Shown in pieces: positions 34,701 to 48,940 of a stretch of 64,000 nucleotides of DNA. Below the pieces are notes generated by a model. That model saw nothing but the letters and a program-made list of their open reading frames with translations, searched no databases and was not told the origin of the DNA. Source of the stretch: Hyaloraphidium curvatum SAG 235-1 (Eukaryota; Fungi; Monoblepharomycota); the NCBI GenBank assembly GCA_025558095.1, contig JAIVFI010000003.1, positions 620,001 through 684,000 of the forward strand. The letters run 5' to 3'. Made by a program: the position numbers and the translations under genes. The first letter of the stretch is position 1. Each line of letters starts with the position of its first letter.

Positions 34701-36932
34701 GAATCGCAGGATCATCCCATGTTCCGCAGCATCGCGTCGCTACTTCTTGAGCGCACTCGATCGATTGCCTGGTATGTGGAGCAGGCGTCCTCGCGAGCCC
34801 CACCTCACCTGCTGTACAGGTTCGGGTTCGCCGAGCAAGCCATCAACACCATCTACCTTCTTTGCGACCACCCCGACGTTCTGTGCGGAGACCTTATCAA
34901 GCGGATGGCTTCGGCACTGGTTCCGGCTGGCATTCTCGGAGATTCCGCCATTCACGACGTGCGAGACGCCACCGCCGATGCCCCAAGCCAGGTTTCGTCC
35001 GGTGCTGGCGAGAGCTCCGACGCGAATGCGATCGGCGTTGCTGCATCCGACGCACCGTCTGCCACCAAGTTCGGTTCTTTTGATCTAAGCAAGCTTCTTT
35101 TTGCCGTCGGGCATGTCGCCATAAAGCAGATTGTGCATCTGGAAAACATCGAGACCGAGTGGAAGAGGCGCAAAGCCAAGGGTTGGTGCTGAGCCCGAGC
35201 CCGAGGCCACGCAGTCTGTCTAACGCTATTCGAAGACGAAAGCGAAAAGAAGAAGGCTACTGCTGGCGGCGACGAGATTGAGCAGGTTGTCGGCACCGTC
35301 GATGACGAGTTCTCGGAGATGGTGCACGAGATCCGGGAGAGGGAGCTTCTCTTTGGCGACCAGTCGCTCTTGTCTGCCTTCGGTCCCCTTGTTGCCCACA
35401 TTTGCGCCAACAACCGGACGTTTGCTGTTGGTGATATCGCGCGGCGCATGGGAACCAGCATTGACTTAGAACTTGGCAGGACAATGTGCTGCAAGTCCAT
35501 GCGACTCTTGCGCTCTGCAAGTTCATGTGCGTCAGTTCCGAGTTCTGCGAGTCGCACCTGCAGCTTCTCTTCACGATCCTCGAGAAGACCACGGAGCCCA
35601 CCGTCCGGAGCAACATAATCATCGCGCTCGGCGACATGACAGTCAGCTTCAACAGCCTCATCGATCAGAACATCTCGTACCTCTACAAGCGCCTCAGCGA
35701 TTCGGACATGACGGTCAAGAAGAACACACTCATGGTCCTCACTCATCTCATCCTCAACGGCATGGTCAAGGTCAAGGGCCAGATAAGCGAAATGGCCAAG
35801 TGCCTCGAGGACTCGGACTCCCGCATCAGTGACTTGGCCAAGCTGTTCTTCACGGAGCTGGCGACCAAGGACAATGCAATCTACAACAATCTCCCGGACA
35901 TCATCAGCAATCTGTCGTCTGAAAACGGCGTGGACGAGGAAACCTTCCAAAGCATCATGGCGTTCCTGTTGGAGTTCATCGACAAGGCAAGCTGTGGGCG
36001 ATCGCTGCCGTACTGTCCTGACACACCCTGCAGGAGAAGCAGACCGAAAACATCGCAGAGAAGCTCTGCTTGCGGTTCCGGAACGCAACCTCGGAGAGGC
36101 AGTGGAGGGACATTTCCTTCTGCCTGTCGCTCCTGTCCTTCAAGTCCGAGCGGACGGTCAAGAAGCTGATCGACAACCAGGCCCTCTATGCGGACAAACT
36201 TCATGAAGACGCCGTCTTCAAGCACTTCGAGGATATCATCGGCAAGGTCTGTGTGCGTTCAGTTGTGGATGTGGTCGCCGCTCAACCGCCCAATCCCAAG
36301 GCCCGCAAATCTGGCAAGCAGGAGATGAAGCAGACTTTGGATGATTTCGAAGGACAGCTCAACGAATTCCGGGCCAAATGCTTGGAAAACCAGGAGGCTC
36401 TCACGAACGCGGATGCCACGGGTCGCATTGCGCAGCTGGGTGAGTCTGAATGGAGCTCGTCCCGCGCACCGTTGACCAACGCAAAATCAGGACCCGGAGA
36501 TCTTGCCGATACGATACACCAGCTGAATCGGTTGAAACTGGCAAGTGTACCCAAGTTCGAGCGGTGTTCGGGTATCTGATGCGCGCTCCACAGACCGATC
36601 GGTCCGCTGCGGCAAAGAAGGAAGTCGCGCGGTCCCGCGCAAAGACGGTGGCGAAGGCCAAGCCAGCTGCGAAGGTCCGGCGAAGACGTGCCGATAGCGA
36701 CTCGGAGGAAGATCCCGAGGAGGCCGACGATGCACCCAAGAAGGCCGCCGGCAAAAGAAAGGTCCTTGGTGAGATCCAAAACACGAACGACAGCGATCAG
36801 GACTCCGGCATCGCACGTAAAAGGTGCGTGCATTCGCATGCACCTTCGCCCGCTGCTGACAGGGAGGCGCTTCTCAGCACCCGGAACCGTGCGCGACGGA
36901 GAGCCTATGTGGAGAGTGATGAAGAGGAGTGA
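31702..36932 (+). CDS. YCS4: Condensin complex subunit 1 (Cnd1/Ycs4/NCAPD2; many introns)
   Basis: HEAT-repeat motifs ILLERYRDANAFVRSKVLQ, GRLHDKASNVRRNAI, ATLALCKFMCVSSEFCESHLQLLFTILE, VRSNIIIALGDM, KKNTLMVLTHLILNGMVKVKGQISEMAKCLED and WRDISFCLSLL. Confidence 0.96.
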
Positions 36933-36998
36933 TCGTGAATTACATTATTGTGGTGAATGGGTATGCTTTGTACATGGTTGATGGTATTGCGGGTATTC

Positions 36999-39856
36999 TC
37001 AAAACGTCTCATCGTCCTCGTACGACTCCGGGTCGTCCCCAGAAACTTCGACACCGGCCAGTGATCCCTCTGACGGAACAGCAAGCCGCGCAAAGCTCGA
37101 CATGAGCCCGTCCAACATCATCCGATTGTGGTGGAGCTGCGATTCCTGTGCAAGAATCGAGCTTGAGGTCAGGCGGAGCGAGGGCCCTGGGCCGTCCGCC
37201 GCCGGAGAGAGAGCAGAGGAGCTCGAAAGCAGGGGATCCATGCGTTCCTGGAGCGCTTTCATCTCCAATGTCCGCTGCGCAAGCATCTCCTCTCGATGAG
37301 CGAGTAGGGACTCGAGACTCTTTGAACGTTCCTGGAAGCCAGCGAGGCGACTGGCGAGTTCCACGAGCTTTTGATCCTTGATTGCGGAGTCGGCCAGGTG
37401 TGCATCATACTCTTTGCGTGGCACTGTGATCACTTCTCCGGCGTCCTTACCGTCCGGCAACCGGCCATCCAGGTCGGCCATCGGGACGTCGATAGTACCA
37501 AGCTGGACGGCGAACGCCTGGAATGCGAAGCGTCATCAGCAGCTCCTCGAGAGGAACGTAGGGCGCATCCTTACCTGAGCTGTAGGTAGGTCTCCTTGAC
37601 GTGCGGCTTGAACAACAGCTGACATCCGCTGCACGAGGGTGCGCAACCCGTCCACCTCGCGCTGAAGATTCGAGATGACGCTGTCCCGATCAGCTATCGT
37701 GTGCTTCAGATCCAGGACCTTCTGGAAGGTTTCGACTTCGGCAGCCATTTCCGACACAGAAGGTTTCCGCGTCTGAAAAGTCGGGGTCAGAATACGCCTG
37801 CTAACTTGTGCAACCCAGGCCCACCAGCGCGGCTTGAGGGTTGATCGACGAAGCTGATGTGCCAAACGGTGCCCCATTCTCCAGCAGGGTGCGCGCCTGC
37901 ATGCCCGAGGACGTCAAGATCATCTTTTGTAGATGGTCGATGCGCTCTTTCAACGTCGTCCGGATCATTTGTTCCTCGACGATCTGCCTCTCGAACCGCC
38001 GCTTTTCCAGCTTCAGTTCGTTGTCCTTCATCGTCTCGATAATCGCCAGCTTGTGCCGCAACTCGGCAATCTCGTTGCGGTACTTTTGGATCAGGGCTTT
38101 ATCATCGAGGATGCGGTTCGCCTTCGCGTTGAGCACCACGTGCTTGACGCGAGCTGCAAACTTGAGCGTGTTGTTTGACTCCTCGAAGGACGAAGCCGTG
38201 GGTCTGTTGGACGACAGCTGTAAGCCGAATCGCAAAGCAGGAAGCGGGGGGAGCTTACGAGACTGTGCAAATGACGGAGATCTTGGCGTTTCCGGATAGC
38301 GAGCTCTGAAGGATCCGCGTGAGCTTGGAATCGCGGTACGGGATGTGCCCCAGCGCAGCCAAAGCCGTGGAGCTTGCACCGCTTGCGGCGACTTTGGGTG
38401 CTTCCGTGAGCCGGCTGATGACCGTCCCCAGGGTCAAGAGGGACTTGTTGATGTAAGCACCCTCTTTGCGCCTGTCGGCATCCGTTGCTGCCTTTTCCGA
38501 TCCAGCGAGGTCGATCAGGTTGAGTTGGGAAACGCGAACTGTCCCGTCTGCCTTTGCAGAAGCACCGTGTGACGGCAGCAGCGGAGATGACTTCGTTGAC
38601 GACTGCGGGGTGTTCTGTTCTCGCGACTCGATGACCATTTGGAAGATGGTGTGCGATCGGCTGGAGTACTCGTTGTAGTCCGTCGTGCTAGTGTGCCTGT
38701 TGATCTCTCCGCGCTGGATGACCTGCAGCACCTGCTTCGCGCTCGTTACGATTTCCTCCTTGAGTGGACTGACGTAAACGCCTCGCCGCTTGTCTTCGAG
38801 GATGCGTAGGTCCGTGAAATCGGGCTGCAGCAAGTCCCGAATCTGCTCGTTGTAGATCTCCAGGTACGAGACGCGCACGAGGTATTCTTTGGCATCGTTG
38901 CGCTGCAGACGAATGTACTCGAACACGTCGTCCACCGCCTGGGGAATGATGCCCGGCTGATCGTCCATGCCGGTCTTGAGCGCGGAGGCATGCTGAGTCA
39001 TGGCGGAGTTCAGCTCCGCAAACCCAAACCCACCATGGTGTATGTCTTGCCCGATGCTGTCTGCCCGTATGCAAAGACGGTGACGTGGTATCCCTCCATC
39101 AGATCTGCGTGCGTGCATCATGTGAGCATGTTATGGACTGCCAAGCGGCCAATCTGCTCACAGGGTATCATGTTCTTGACGCTCCTGGCATAGGCTTCCT
39201 CGTTGTCTGACCCTTGAAGAACCGAGTCTGGCGAACGCCACAGGTTAGTCCAGAACATGGCCCATGCAAGCTTCACATAGCCTACCGTAAACGTACTCGG
39301 AATGGGATCTGCGGTTCAGGTCCGCAAAGACGGGATCCAAACGAATCTTCTGCTCCCCGTCCACCGTCCATACGAGCTTGTCCGCAACTTCGGCAAAGTT
39401 CGGCGGCCTGATGCGAACAGTGACATTGCAATTGTCGTCCTTGGCAGCCTGGGACAAGCTGGCGGCCGCCAGCGCCGTCGGGTTTGCGAAAGACTGGTTC
39501 CGCGAAAGCGTGCTTCCCGCTGTGGGAGAGGGCTGCGACCCAGCGCTCTCGGAAGCCGCGACTTTCCTCTGTAGCATTGGGGATCGGAGCGCCGAGGATC
39601 CTGTGCTCAGGGTGGAGGACGATTCTCCGGAGGAGGGCGAAGGCGACGAAGGAGAGAGGGGTAGAGCGCTTTTCCTAGCGCCAGATGTTGAGGAAATGCT
39701 AGATGGCGCCACAGAGCGTACGGCACTCGAGCTCGTAGGCCGCGGCAGCGAAGTACCAGTCCGAGGGGAGCCCGTCGCGATGCTGAGCCTCGAACTACCC
39801 GCCGCCGGCCCGATCGGCTCGGCGTTGAAGCTAGCTCCAGAGTCAGTCCGCTGCAT
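36999..39856 (-). CDS. Kinesin motor protein, Kip2/Tea2/kinesin-7-like (spliced)
   Basis: S-rich N-terminus, VTVRIRP, P-loop [64 protein letters not shown] and a C-terminal coiled coil. Confidence 0.93.
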
Positions 39857-40274
39857 TGCGTTCCGCTCCCGCTACAGCCGTCCAGCGGCACCTTCCGCGA
39901 CTTTAGCGACGCTAGACTCCGGGCGTGCGCACCGTTCAAGCGCTGGCAACCCGCTCCGAGTGCAAGCAAACAGCGATGCGAGAGCTTCGCCGCCGCGAAA
40001 CGCCTCTTCTTTCAAAGAAGCGGCGATTTCGGGCGGAGAGCCACCGCAACGGGCGGGGCCTTGGGAGCGTTCTGCGCCGAAGCGTGTGTTTGTATGGGGG
40101 ACGGGCCGGGACCCGGCCGATCAACCCCGCCGTCGCGCTGACGGCCTTGTGAGACCGATCTTTGCCTGTGCGGATTGTTCAATTTGTTCATCGCCAACGT
40201 ACAGTATCTACAGACATAGAGGGGATATCATTGGAGACGGCAGTTGGGGGGTTCGACGTCTGGCAGCTTGGAAG

Positions 40275-40944
40275 CTACAGGCCGGCTTCTCCGCCCGAGC
40301 TCGATGCCGCGGGGGGTGCACCGAAGCTGCTCTGGCCTTCATTGAAGGCCGCTCTCGCTTGCTGGAAGAGAAGCTGCTGTTGTGCCAGGAGCTCCTCCTG
40401 CGAAAGCCCCGACTTGTCCAGCTTCCTCGACGACGCCTTACCCTGGCTCTCCTGTCGGGGTCCACGAGTCAAGCTCGGCAAATAGCAGTCCTCGAAGGCA
40501 GTTTGCCGACCTTCAAAGTCTTCTGATGGTCCGCATAGACTTCCTGGAGCTCCGGCACGTACTCCCCGAACCCGAGCTCCTCCAGGGCCGTCATGATGTG
40601 ATCTCCTGTGATGGTTTTCTTCTGCTCCTTGTCGCAGACGCTATTGGCCTGCATCGTCAGCAGGTGGACGAACTCTGTCGAGCCGCGTTCGCCTCCGTCA
40701 TTCGCGCCTACGCGTCCAGGCGGCCAAAAGTCACCTGTACAGCACTCTATGAGCATGTCGCGGGTCTCCTTCGTGCACGTTATGTTCGGAGGCAGCATCT
40801 CCTGAATGAGCTTCGTGACGGTCGCTGGAGGTCGCGAACCGCTTAGCGGGGAGTCGACTCGAGCCAGACGGAGGGCGGACCCTTTGGCAGCGAAAGCTCC
40901 TCTTCCGCCGGTCCTCCGCCCTTCTCAAATTCGTCGTCGGACAT
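40275..40944 (-). CDS. NCB2: Negative cofactor 2 beta subunit (DR1/Ncb2 histone fold; spliced)
   Basis: EEELSLPKATVTKLIQEMLP..CTKETRDMLIECC|EFVHLLTMQANSVCDKEQKKTITGDHIMTALEELGF; SGLSQEELLAQQQLLFQQAR. Confidence 0.96.
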
Positions 40945-41102
40945 GGTTCGGCAGCCCCGTCCCCGCGCGGTTAGGGGCGTGATTGCCGCCCTGATTGCAC
41001 AAGGGATGCCGAAGACACACTGACACCTCACGCCGTCGGCGCAATCGAGAAGTCGTCACAGGTTTCCATGCAGTTCAAGTGAATACAAAGCAGCATAAAT
41101 CA

Positions 41103-44100
41103 TCACCACAATCCCAGGGCCGAGCCGATCGAGTTTGCCGCCGCGGAAACAGGGTCCCCGTCTCCAACGGACGCCTTCAACCGGTTAGCCTCGTTTCGCG
41201 TCAACTGCAAGATGTTTGTCAAGACGAGCACCAGCTGTGGTCGCTCTGACGGGCTCTCCAAGAACTGGAGCAGCACGTTCTTCAGGTACCTGTTGAGGGC
41301 AGCGTCAGGCGCCGGTCCACGATGTTTCACCGCGCAAGACTCACTCGATATTGAGGTTGGCGCGTTTGTCCGCGCGATCCATCGACCGGATCTCCTCCTT
41401 CAGGAGAGCTTCTTGCTCCATGAGTCGGGTGACCTGGGCCTCGCTCTCGTTGAGAAGCTCGGCCATGTGCGCCAGCTTGGCGGCAAACTCTTTTTCGCGC
41501 GAGGACATGCCCGGCCCTTGCGTCGACGACGTCACCGAGTCGATGCTATCTCGTCGCGACAAAAGGTCTTGCAGCGACGAACCTGATTGATTGCACAGCG
41601 ATGAGACCAGATTTCCACGATTCGATGCAAGCGAGTACCTTGCTGGCCCCTCTTTGCCGATTGTCCTGCAGCGGCCGAAGAACCCGAAGCGTACTGGTAC
41701 GGAGGCGGGGCAGCGGCAAAGGGGCTGGATGGTTGCACGCTCGAAGCCGAAAACAGCCCCTCCTCGCCCGCATTCCTTTGGTGACCCGCAGCAGCGACAG
41801 CCCAGGCCGCTGCTGATCGTTTGGTTTCGTCCAGCTCCTTCCTAAGCCCCGTAATTTCGTCACGCGCGGCCGTGAGCTGCGAACTCAGTCCTTCCGAAAT
41901 GGCCCGAAGGCTGCCCGTTTCGTCCTCCTTCTGCCGCAGAGCCTGGCCCGCATCCTGGAGCCTAGCATCCATGTCCTTTCTTGCGGAGACCAGTTTCGCT
42001 TCCCATTCCGCGTCCCGCGCGCGCAGAGCTTCGTTTGCGCGCGCCTTGTCCAGCTCCACGGTGTTCCGGAGCGTTTCGAACTCCTGGCGGGCAACGCCAG
42101 CATCTTTGCCAAGGTTCTCCAGGGAGCGGATGCGGCCCTCGAGGAGCTCGATGCGGTCGAGGGAGGCGGAGAGCTCGGCTTCTGCAGCGGCCGATCGCGC
42201 GACCGCGGCCTCCAGTTCGTTCCGCTGCTGGCTCCTTTCCCTCTCCAGCCTCCCCTTTGCTTCCTCGAGCTCCGAGATCCTGGCTTCCAGTGCCGTCGAC
42301 GAGTTCTGCTGCAGCGCCACCGCAGCCTTGACCTTGTACTTTTGGAACTCTGAACGCGCCATGTTCAAGTCGGTCTGAAGCTGGCGGTTCTTGCCTTCGA
42401 GCTCAACAAGCATGTTGTCCCGAAGCTCCCGTTCGTCCGCAAGCTCGCGTTCCAGCCGGTCGAGCTCGGCTAACAAAGGGTTCTTAAAGGACGTCGGGTG
42501 AGAGGCCGCTGCACCAACCTCTGAGACTGCGTCGTTCCGCATCGACCTGCCGCAAGTCCTCCTCCTTGGCTTCCACCTCGCCAGCAAGACGTTCCTTCTC
42601 CTTTTCCGCGGCGGCGAGCTTCTCGCGCGTGTCGGAGATGTTCTTGTTCGCCTGCCCGAGTATGGCCTTCATCTTCCTGAACTTCTCCTCGTGCTCAGCC
42701 TTTGCACGCTCTAGGTCCGACTTAAGGGTCCCCATCTGCTCTTGCTGCTTGCTGATGGTGTCCGTCCGGGCCTTTATCTGCAGAGAAAAGTCCCGCACCT
42801 GTTCCTCCAGCGTGAAGTTGCGCGTCTCGAGCTCCCGGAGCCGGGTGGAGGACGCCTCGGCCGTAACCCCCGCCGTCGCCCCTGCGTCCGCCGGAATCGT
42901 CCTGGCATCGTCCAGGAGCCTTTCGAGCTCCGCTATTCTCCGCTGTGCTTCCTCCTGGGCATCGGCAAGAGTCTTCGAAGCCGCCTCTTCCAAACGTCGC
43001 TTCTCCTCCTCCCAGGCACCAGCTGGAGACTCGTTTTGGCGAAGATCTTCCACAAGGGATTTGAGATCCCGGATTTCCTGCTCAAAAGCAGAAATGTCGC
43101 GAGCGGCACTGTAGGGCGGAGGAGCACCATCCGTCTCATGCTTCTCATCGTCCACAACCGGCTCGGCAGAGGCAGCGGCTCGCTGATCCGCCTCCTTGGC
43201 AGCACCTCCGTTTCGCAGCTCTTCGATGCTCTCCTCCGCGCGTCGAAGGAGTTCCTGGTGGGTAGCAAGCGCCGAGATGTTCTGCTGCAGCTCCTCTTCG
43301 AGCTGTCGGATACGCTTCAATGCATCATCGTGCTCCTCGACGGACGGGGACGCCCGGTCCGCGAGCGAAGGTGCTGTCGATTTGGATCTGGCAAGCTCGT
43401 CGCGCGCTTCTTCGAGCTTCCCCGACAAGTCATGCAAGCGTTCGCGGAGCTCCTGGGCCTCCGTGTCCTTGGCAGCTAGTTGGTCGGCCATCTGGCTCAG
43501 AGCCTCGGGTTCAGGAGTCGGGGGACTCGACGCATCCGGGAAGTGAGCTTTCGAGAGTGCGTCGGCAAGCCGCGTTTCGGCCTCCAGGAGTCGACGCTGC
43601 AGGACCTCCACCGCAGCCTCAGATTCCATTCGGGTCCGCCCAAGTTCGTGCGCGGCCGCTTCACAATCCAGACGCGTCCGCGACAGCTCTTCCTGAACTT
43701 CTTCAAGCCTGCGCTGCAACTGGACTGCCTTTTCGGACAGCTTGGAAACTCTGTCCATGGCCTCGTCCCGCTCCAATGCGATCGCATCCAGCTTCGCTCG
43801 CAGCTCTGCCGTTTCGGGCTCCGGAGGTGCCCCACTGCCGAAGTCGGTTTGAGCATCTGCGCGCCGTGCCGCCTCCAGCTCGCCGCGCAGTTCGCGAAGT
43901 TCCGACTCCAGGGCGACCTGCCGCTTATCGTTCTCGCTTCGCTCCTCTTCCAACAGCGCTTCCAGCTCCTTCGCGAGATTGCCGCTGTCGCCGCCCGCGA
44001 CGGCGGCGTTTTCAAGTTCGTCCTGCAAAGCTTTTGCCCGCGTCTCAAACTCCGAGACGCGCGCTTCCAATTCGAGTCGCACTGCCCGAAGCTCCGAGCC

Positions 44101-44997
44101 ATGTCTGGCTTCAGATTCCGCGAGCTGGGACTCCAGCTCCGTGACGCGCACCCGCGATGACGCCCGGTCCGCATCAGCGGCAGCCCTGTCCGAGTCCGCC
44201 TGCGCCTCCATCCCCCGCTGCAAGGTCGAAAGCTTCTCCTCCGCGGCTTCCGCTCTCCGCCGCTCCGACTCGAGCTCGGCAGCTCGGCTGGCTACCAGCG
44301 CCTCGAGTTCCGGAATCCTCGTGTCCTGCGAAGCACCGTCTCCCACATGGGACAAGGGGCTCCCCTGGCCTGGGGACGCGGGCGATGCCGCGTCCGGGCC
44401 CCTCTTCTTCAGCTCCTCGACTTCCTTGGTCAAGGAAGCCAACTTGACGCGGGCTTTCTGCTTCACCAGGTCCAGCTGCCCCGTCGTGTCCTTCAGCTTC
44501 GTCTGGAGAGACGCCATTTGCGACAGAGCGTCGTGCAATTGATCTCGAAGAGCCGTGTTCTCCATCTGAAGGTCTACGAGTACCGCGTCAGCGCCCGCCT
44601 AGGCCGCAGCAGGCCAACAGGGCAACGAACCTCCGAACGACGCGGCCTTCACTTCGGAGCTCTTCCTGACCCCATTGAAAGCAGAGTCGTCCACAGTCCG
44701 TGTTGCCGGCTCTTCCGGGCCCCGCTGCACCGGGGACACGGGGCGAGAGTTCACCGCCGACGGCGCCGGCGACGCCGTGGGTCCCGTAGCAAGCTCTGCC
44801 GCCACCGCCGGCGGGCCATCGATCGGCGCAGCCGTCGGGACTTTCGAGGCCGCCAGCGACGCGGTCGCTTTCAGCTGCTCGTCCAGCGCGGACGCGGCCT
44901 GATTGAGGCCCTCCTTCGCCGTCTCCGCGAGCTTGCTGGCGCCATCCTGGACTTGGTCAGCGAACTGCTTCAGCGCGCTGAGCGACCAGCTTGACAT
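41103..44997 (-). CDS. GRIP-domain golgin, long coiled coil (spliced)
   Basis: Extensive heptad coiled coil, EFQKYKVKAAVALQQ, and C-terminal GRIP motif NIE|YLKNVLLQFLE..ERPQLVLVLTNILQLTRNE. Confidence 0.88.
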
Positions 44998-45159
44998 CGC
45001 AGAGTCCGGCCGCGCGAGCGCCGGTGGACGGGAGCGTCGGAAAGTACCCGTCTCGCAACCGTCTCGTCACTTGGGACGGACCCCCCTCCACGCGGACACT
45101 ATTACGGGGCCCCGATCGAGTCACAGACGGTGGGCTCGCATTCGCGAACAATGTACAGA

Positions 45160-46688
45160 TCAAATCTTCCGGATAACGAGGGAAGATGCGCCGCCACCTA
45201 GTGCAAAAGGGTTAGCGACCTCGATGATCGGGCGCATGTTCCGCTGCCCACCTCCGTTGCAGATCGCGGCAGCACCCAGCTCGCCACCCTTGAGCAAGTT
45301 GATGAGCGTGACGATGATGCGAGCTCCGCTGGAGCCGATCGGGTGCCCCAAGCTGACCGCGCCGCCCGCGACGTTGCACTTCTTGGGGTCCAGCTCAAGG
45401 ATCTTCTCGTTCGCCAGGCACACCACGGAGAACGCCTCGTTGAACTCAAAGAGCGAGATGTCGTCCTTCGAGACACCGGCACGCTTCAGCGCGATCGGGA
45501 GGGCCAACGAGGGCGCGATCGTGAACAGCTTGGGGTTCGTTTCGGCGTCGCCCATGCTGATAAGCTCCGCGATCGGCTTCAGCCCGTTCTCCTCGGCAAA
45601 CCCGCGCGTCGTCATCACGAGGGCCGAGGCGCCGTCGTTCAACGTGGAAGAGTTGGCGGCGGTCACGGTGCCTGAAGGGCTCGTCAGAACCCGTGACCGC
45701 GAGGCGCTGTAGCTGCGAACCAACCGTCCTTTTTGAAAGCGCTCTTTAGCTGCGGGATCTTCGAGAAATCGATCTTTTTGTACTCCTCGTCCTCCGCAAA
45801 GGCGACGTCCTTCTTCTTGTCCTTGATGACGACAGGCACGATCTCGTTGGCGAACTGGCCCCGCTTCCACGCCTCGGCCGAGCGCGTGTACGATTGCACG
45901 GCGTGCGCATCCTGCTGCTCCCGAGTGAAGCCGTACTTTTGTGCTGTCTCCTCGGCGCAGATGCCCATGTGGATGTCGTCGTACACGTCCGTGAGCCCGT
46001 CGCGCAGAATGCCGTCGTACATCGTGGTGTTGCCATATCCGTGGCCGCGGGGCACATAGAAGGGGACGTTGCTCATGCTTTCCATGCCTACGAACGAACA
46101 ATGAAAGAGGAAGGGGAATCTTGAGGGCATCGCGGTGCCACGCACCTCCTGCGACGACCACGTTGGCAAGTCCGGCCGCAAGGGTGAGGCCCCCGAGCTC
46201 CACGGTCTTCATCCCCGAAGCGCAGACTTTGTTGACCGTCGTGGTCACGGTCGACACCGGAAGCCCAGCTCCCAGGGCCGCCTGCCGTGCCGGAGCCTGT
46301 CCCATGCCGGCGCTGATCACGTTCCCCATAAAGACCTCATCGACCTGCTCTGGTTTGACCCCGGCCTTCTCCAGCGCCCCCTTAATGGCGATGCTCCCAA
46401 GCTGGGGAGCGGAGAACTTGCTCAGCGCCCCCCGGAAGGTCCCCACGGCGGTGCGGGCCGCGCCGACAAAGACTACGTCCTGGATGAGAGAGCGTAGGAG
46501 AGAATGTTAGACAAGGCGGTCCAGCAGAGCCCCGAAGGCGAGAGAGCGGAGGAGCGTTGCCAAGAGTCCACGAGGCAGCGATGCCGCCACCTGGACCACC
46601 GGAGCAGGAGGGCATGGACACGCACGGTGGGCTTGGGAGAGCCATTGAGGCTTGCAAATGCTCGCTTAGAGACGACTTGACGAGACAT
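45160..46688 (-). CDS. ERG10: Acetyl-CoA acetyltransferase (thiolase II), possible mitochondrial presequence (spliced)
   Basis: GQAPARQAALGAGL, TTVNKVCASGMK, GMESMSNVP, GTVTAANSSTLNDGASA, FEFNEAFS, GGAVSLGHPIGSSGARI and AAICNGGG. Confidence 0.94.
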
Positions 46689-46914
46689 CTCGGCGGTTTG
46701 GAAAAGAGTGTGACGGCGTCGCAGCGGAATTTGCGGCCGTGTCACCACCCCCTCCAAATCCTCGAAGACGGGCGAGGCGGCTTCGTCCGTCACGGAAAGT
46801 GTACTTTTGGAATGCGTACATCGACAAAAACATCACATGATCCAGCGTCAAACGTCCTCCGCCGTCCCCAGCCAAGTCCTCTTGCCCACGTCACGGCGGC
46901 GCGGGAGACGAAGA

Positions 46915-47710
46915 TCACGCGGGGGTGGGAGATGACGGTGCCGAGGGCGGAAGCTCGGGTAATTGCGGCGCTACCGGCTTGTAGCTGCCGGCGCTCATCC
47001 GCGAGATCATGATCCCCACGCCCTCGATCAGGGCAAGGAGGATTCCCCCCACCACCGCCGAACCCATTGCCGTGCGCACGCCACCCCGAGCCGCGAGCAC
47101 CCCGCCAGTCACGGCGCCGCTCATGATAGAGTTCCAAGGGTCCTCGACGCCCCGCACGCCGGCGAAAGCGCAGTCGAACGTGCTGAAGAGACCACCCCAA
47201 ACCGCAAAGTTGCCACCTGGCGTCGAAGTTACGGTGTTTATCAAACGCTTCAAACAAAAAGCAGACTTTCTGCCGCGATTCGTGCTCACCTAGCGTCGGA
47301 GACCGCACTTTGATGGCCGTAATGGCGCCGGGCAACCGTTCGCCGCGGGGCGAGTTCCGGAACCCTTTGAAGCCGTGCCACAGAGCCCCTCCGATAGCGC
47401 CCATGGCAAAAGCGCCTCCGCAGTCTGTAGAGAATCGGGCGCGAGGTTCGGGTGCGGTTTGGAGAGGGTATGATGCCGATTCGCGGGAAAGCGGTGAAGA
47501 CGCCGGTGGCGCCAAAGAACGAGGCCGCGAACATAGTAAGCACCGAGAGCGCCAGAAAGAACAGCAGCACGACGCAGTTTGATGGCGCAAAGCGCCGCAA
47601 TGTGGTAGGGGGCGCGCCAATGAGCCCGCGAGATCTAAAGGTGCCCACCCGCGGAACCCACCGTTCACGATGACATAGGGGCAAGGGTCGCGCGAGTGGT
47701 CCCTGCTCAT
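46915..47710 (-). CDS. TIM17: Mitochondrial inner membrane translocase subunit Tim17 (spliced)
   Basis: [13 protein letters not shown]|[24 protein letters not shown]..|[38 protein letters not shown]. Confidence 0.97.
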
Positions 47711-48940
47711 TGTGCTCTGGATCCCTCAAGGTCCTCTGTTCGTTGGTCCGTGCGGGGCCACCCCGAAATGCTTTGTTGATTGCGTGGCGTCGCGGGAATT
47801 GGGCAGCGAACAGCTGCCCAAGTCGCCCTCCGGCCTCTGGCTTGCAGCAGGCGAGATCACGGACACCTCTTTGCAACTAGAGTGCCTTCAAAGTCATCGG
47901 ATCAAAGAACCACCCGGGTTCTGGACATCTCTTTGCTGCGAGGGTGCGCCGTCGGATACCATCAAGTCGCCGTTCGCACTGCAGAACGGACGGATCGCTT
48001 CGTCGTCAAAGAACAGCCACAGCTTCCAACCCTCCACGTTCGCGCTCCAAGAAGCAGCACCTCTTCTTCGTCGCCTCGGCGCCCCTGAACGGCGGCCACA
48101 TCAATGTGTCCCCTAAAAGACATCCCAGCGAAACCCTCGTCGTGGTGGAGAAGCAATGCGGGGGTGCTTGATCAGCTCTTCGACGCTACATCGCTTCATG
48201 GAAATGCCGGCGGATCGAAGGCGTAACCCGGCCGGATGTTGAACTCGTGGCGCTGGCCCTCGTATCTGAGGTACGAGTCGCCCCCGAACCCGTTGCCGTT
48301 GGCCCCGATCGCATCTCGGCCGTGCACCGCGTGCCTCCGCTGCTCGTCCGGATGCCGGGCCTTGCCCCCATCTGGTGCCTCGAATCGCCCATTAACCTGA
48401 TGGTGTATCAGCTCTGGTGGACGATGGAGGGGCGCTGGTCGGGACGGGGCGCACGGACGGGGCGGGGAGAGCGCGGATGGCATGCTGAGGAGCGTGGCGG
48501 CCGCTGACCATGGGAAGGGGAGCAGGATTGGTGAGGGCTCTTTTGACTCATGGGAGTACTAGCTTCTTGCTGTGATGTACAAACGCTGAAAAGCGGCGTG
48601 TGATCATCCATCAGCAAAATAGTTCGGCGTTCTGCTCGCAAGTATCTATCCGTGTGATGCCGTCTGACTACCGACGACAGCGTGCGGAGGCTGGGTGGTC
48701 ACGAGTGAGAACGCCACGCCGTGGGCATGCGTAGGCCGTATGCCGACCGGCCCGTCATCCCCAAAACCTCAAGTTCACAATCACTCGGCGCATTCCGCAG
48801 CTCATGTACCGTTGTGCGCCTCTCGGTCTGAGGGCCCTCCCTTAGAACGCCTCTGCGCATTCTGAAGCGCGTCGGAGCTTCTGGTGGGCATCGGACGGCG
48901 GAGTTGACCCGGCAGCCGCGCACGGGCCGTCAACCCCACG

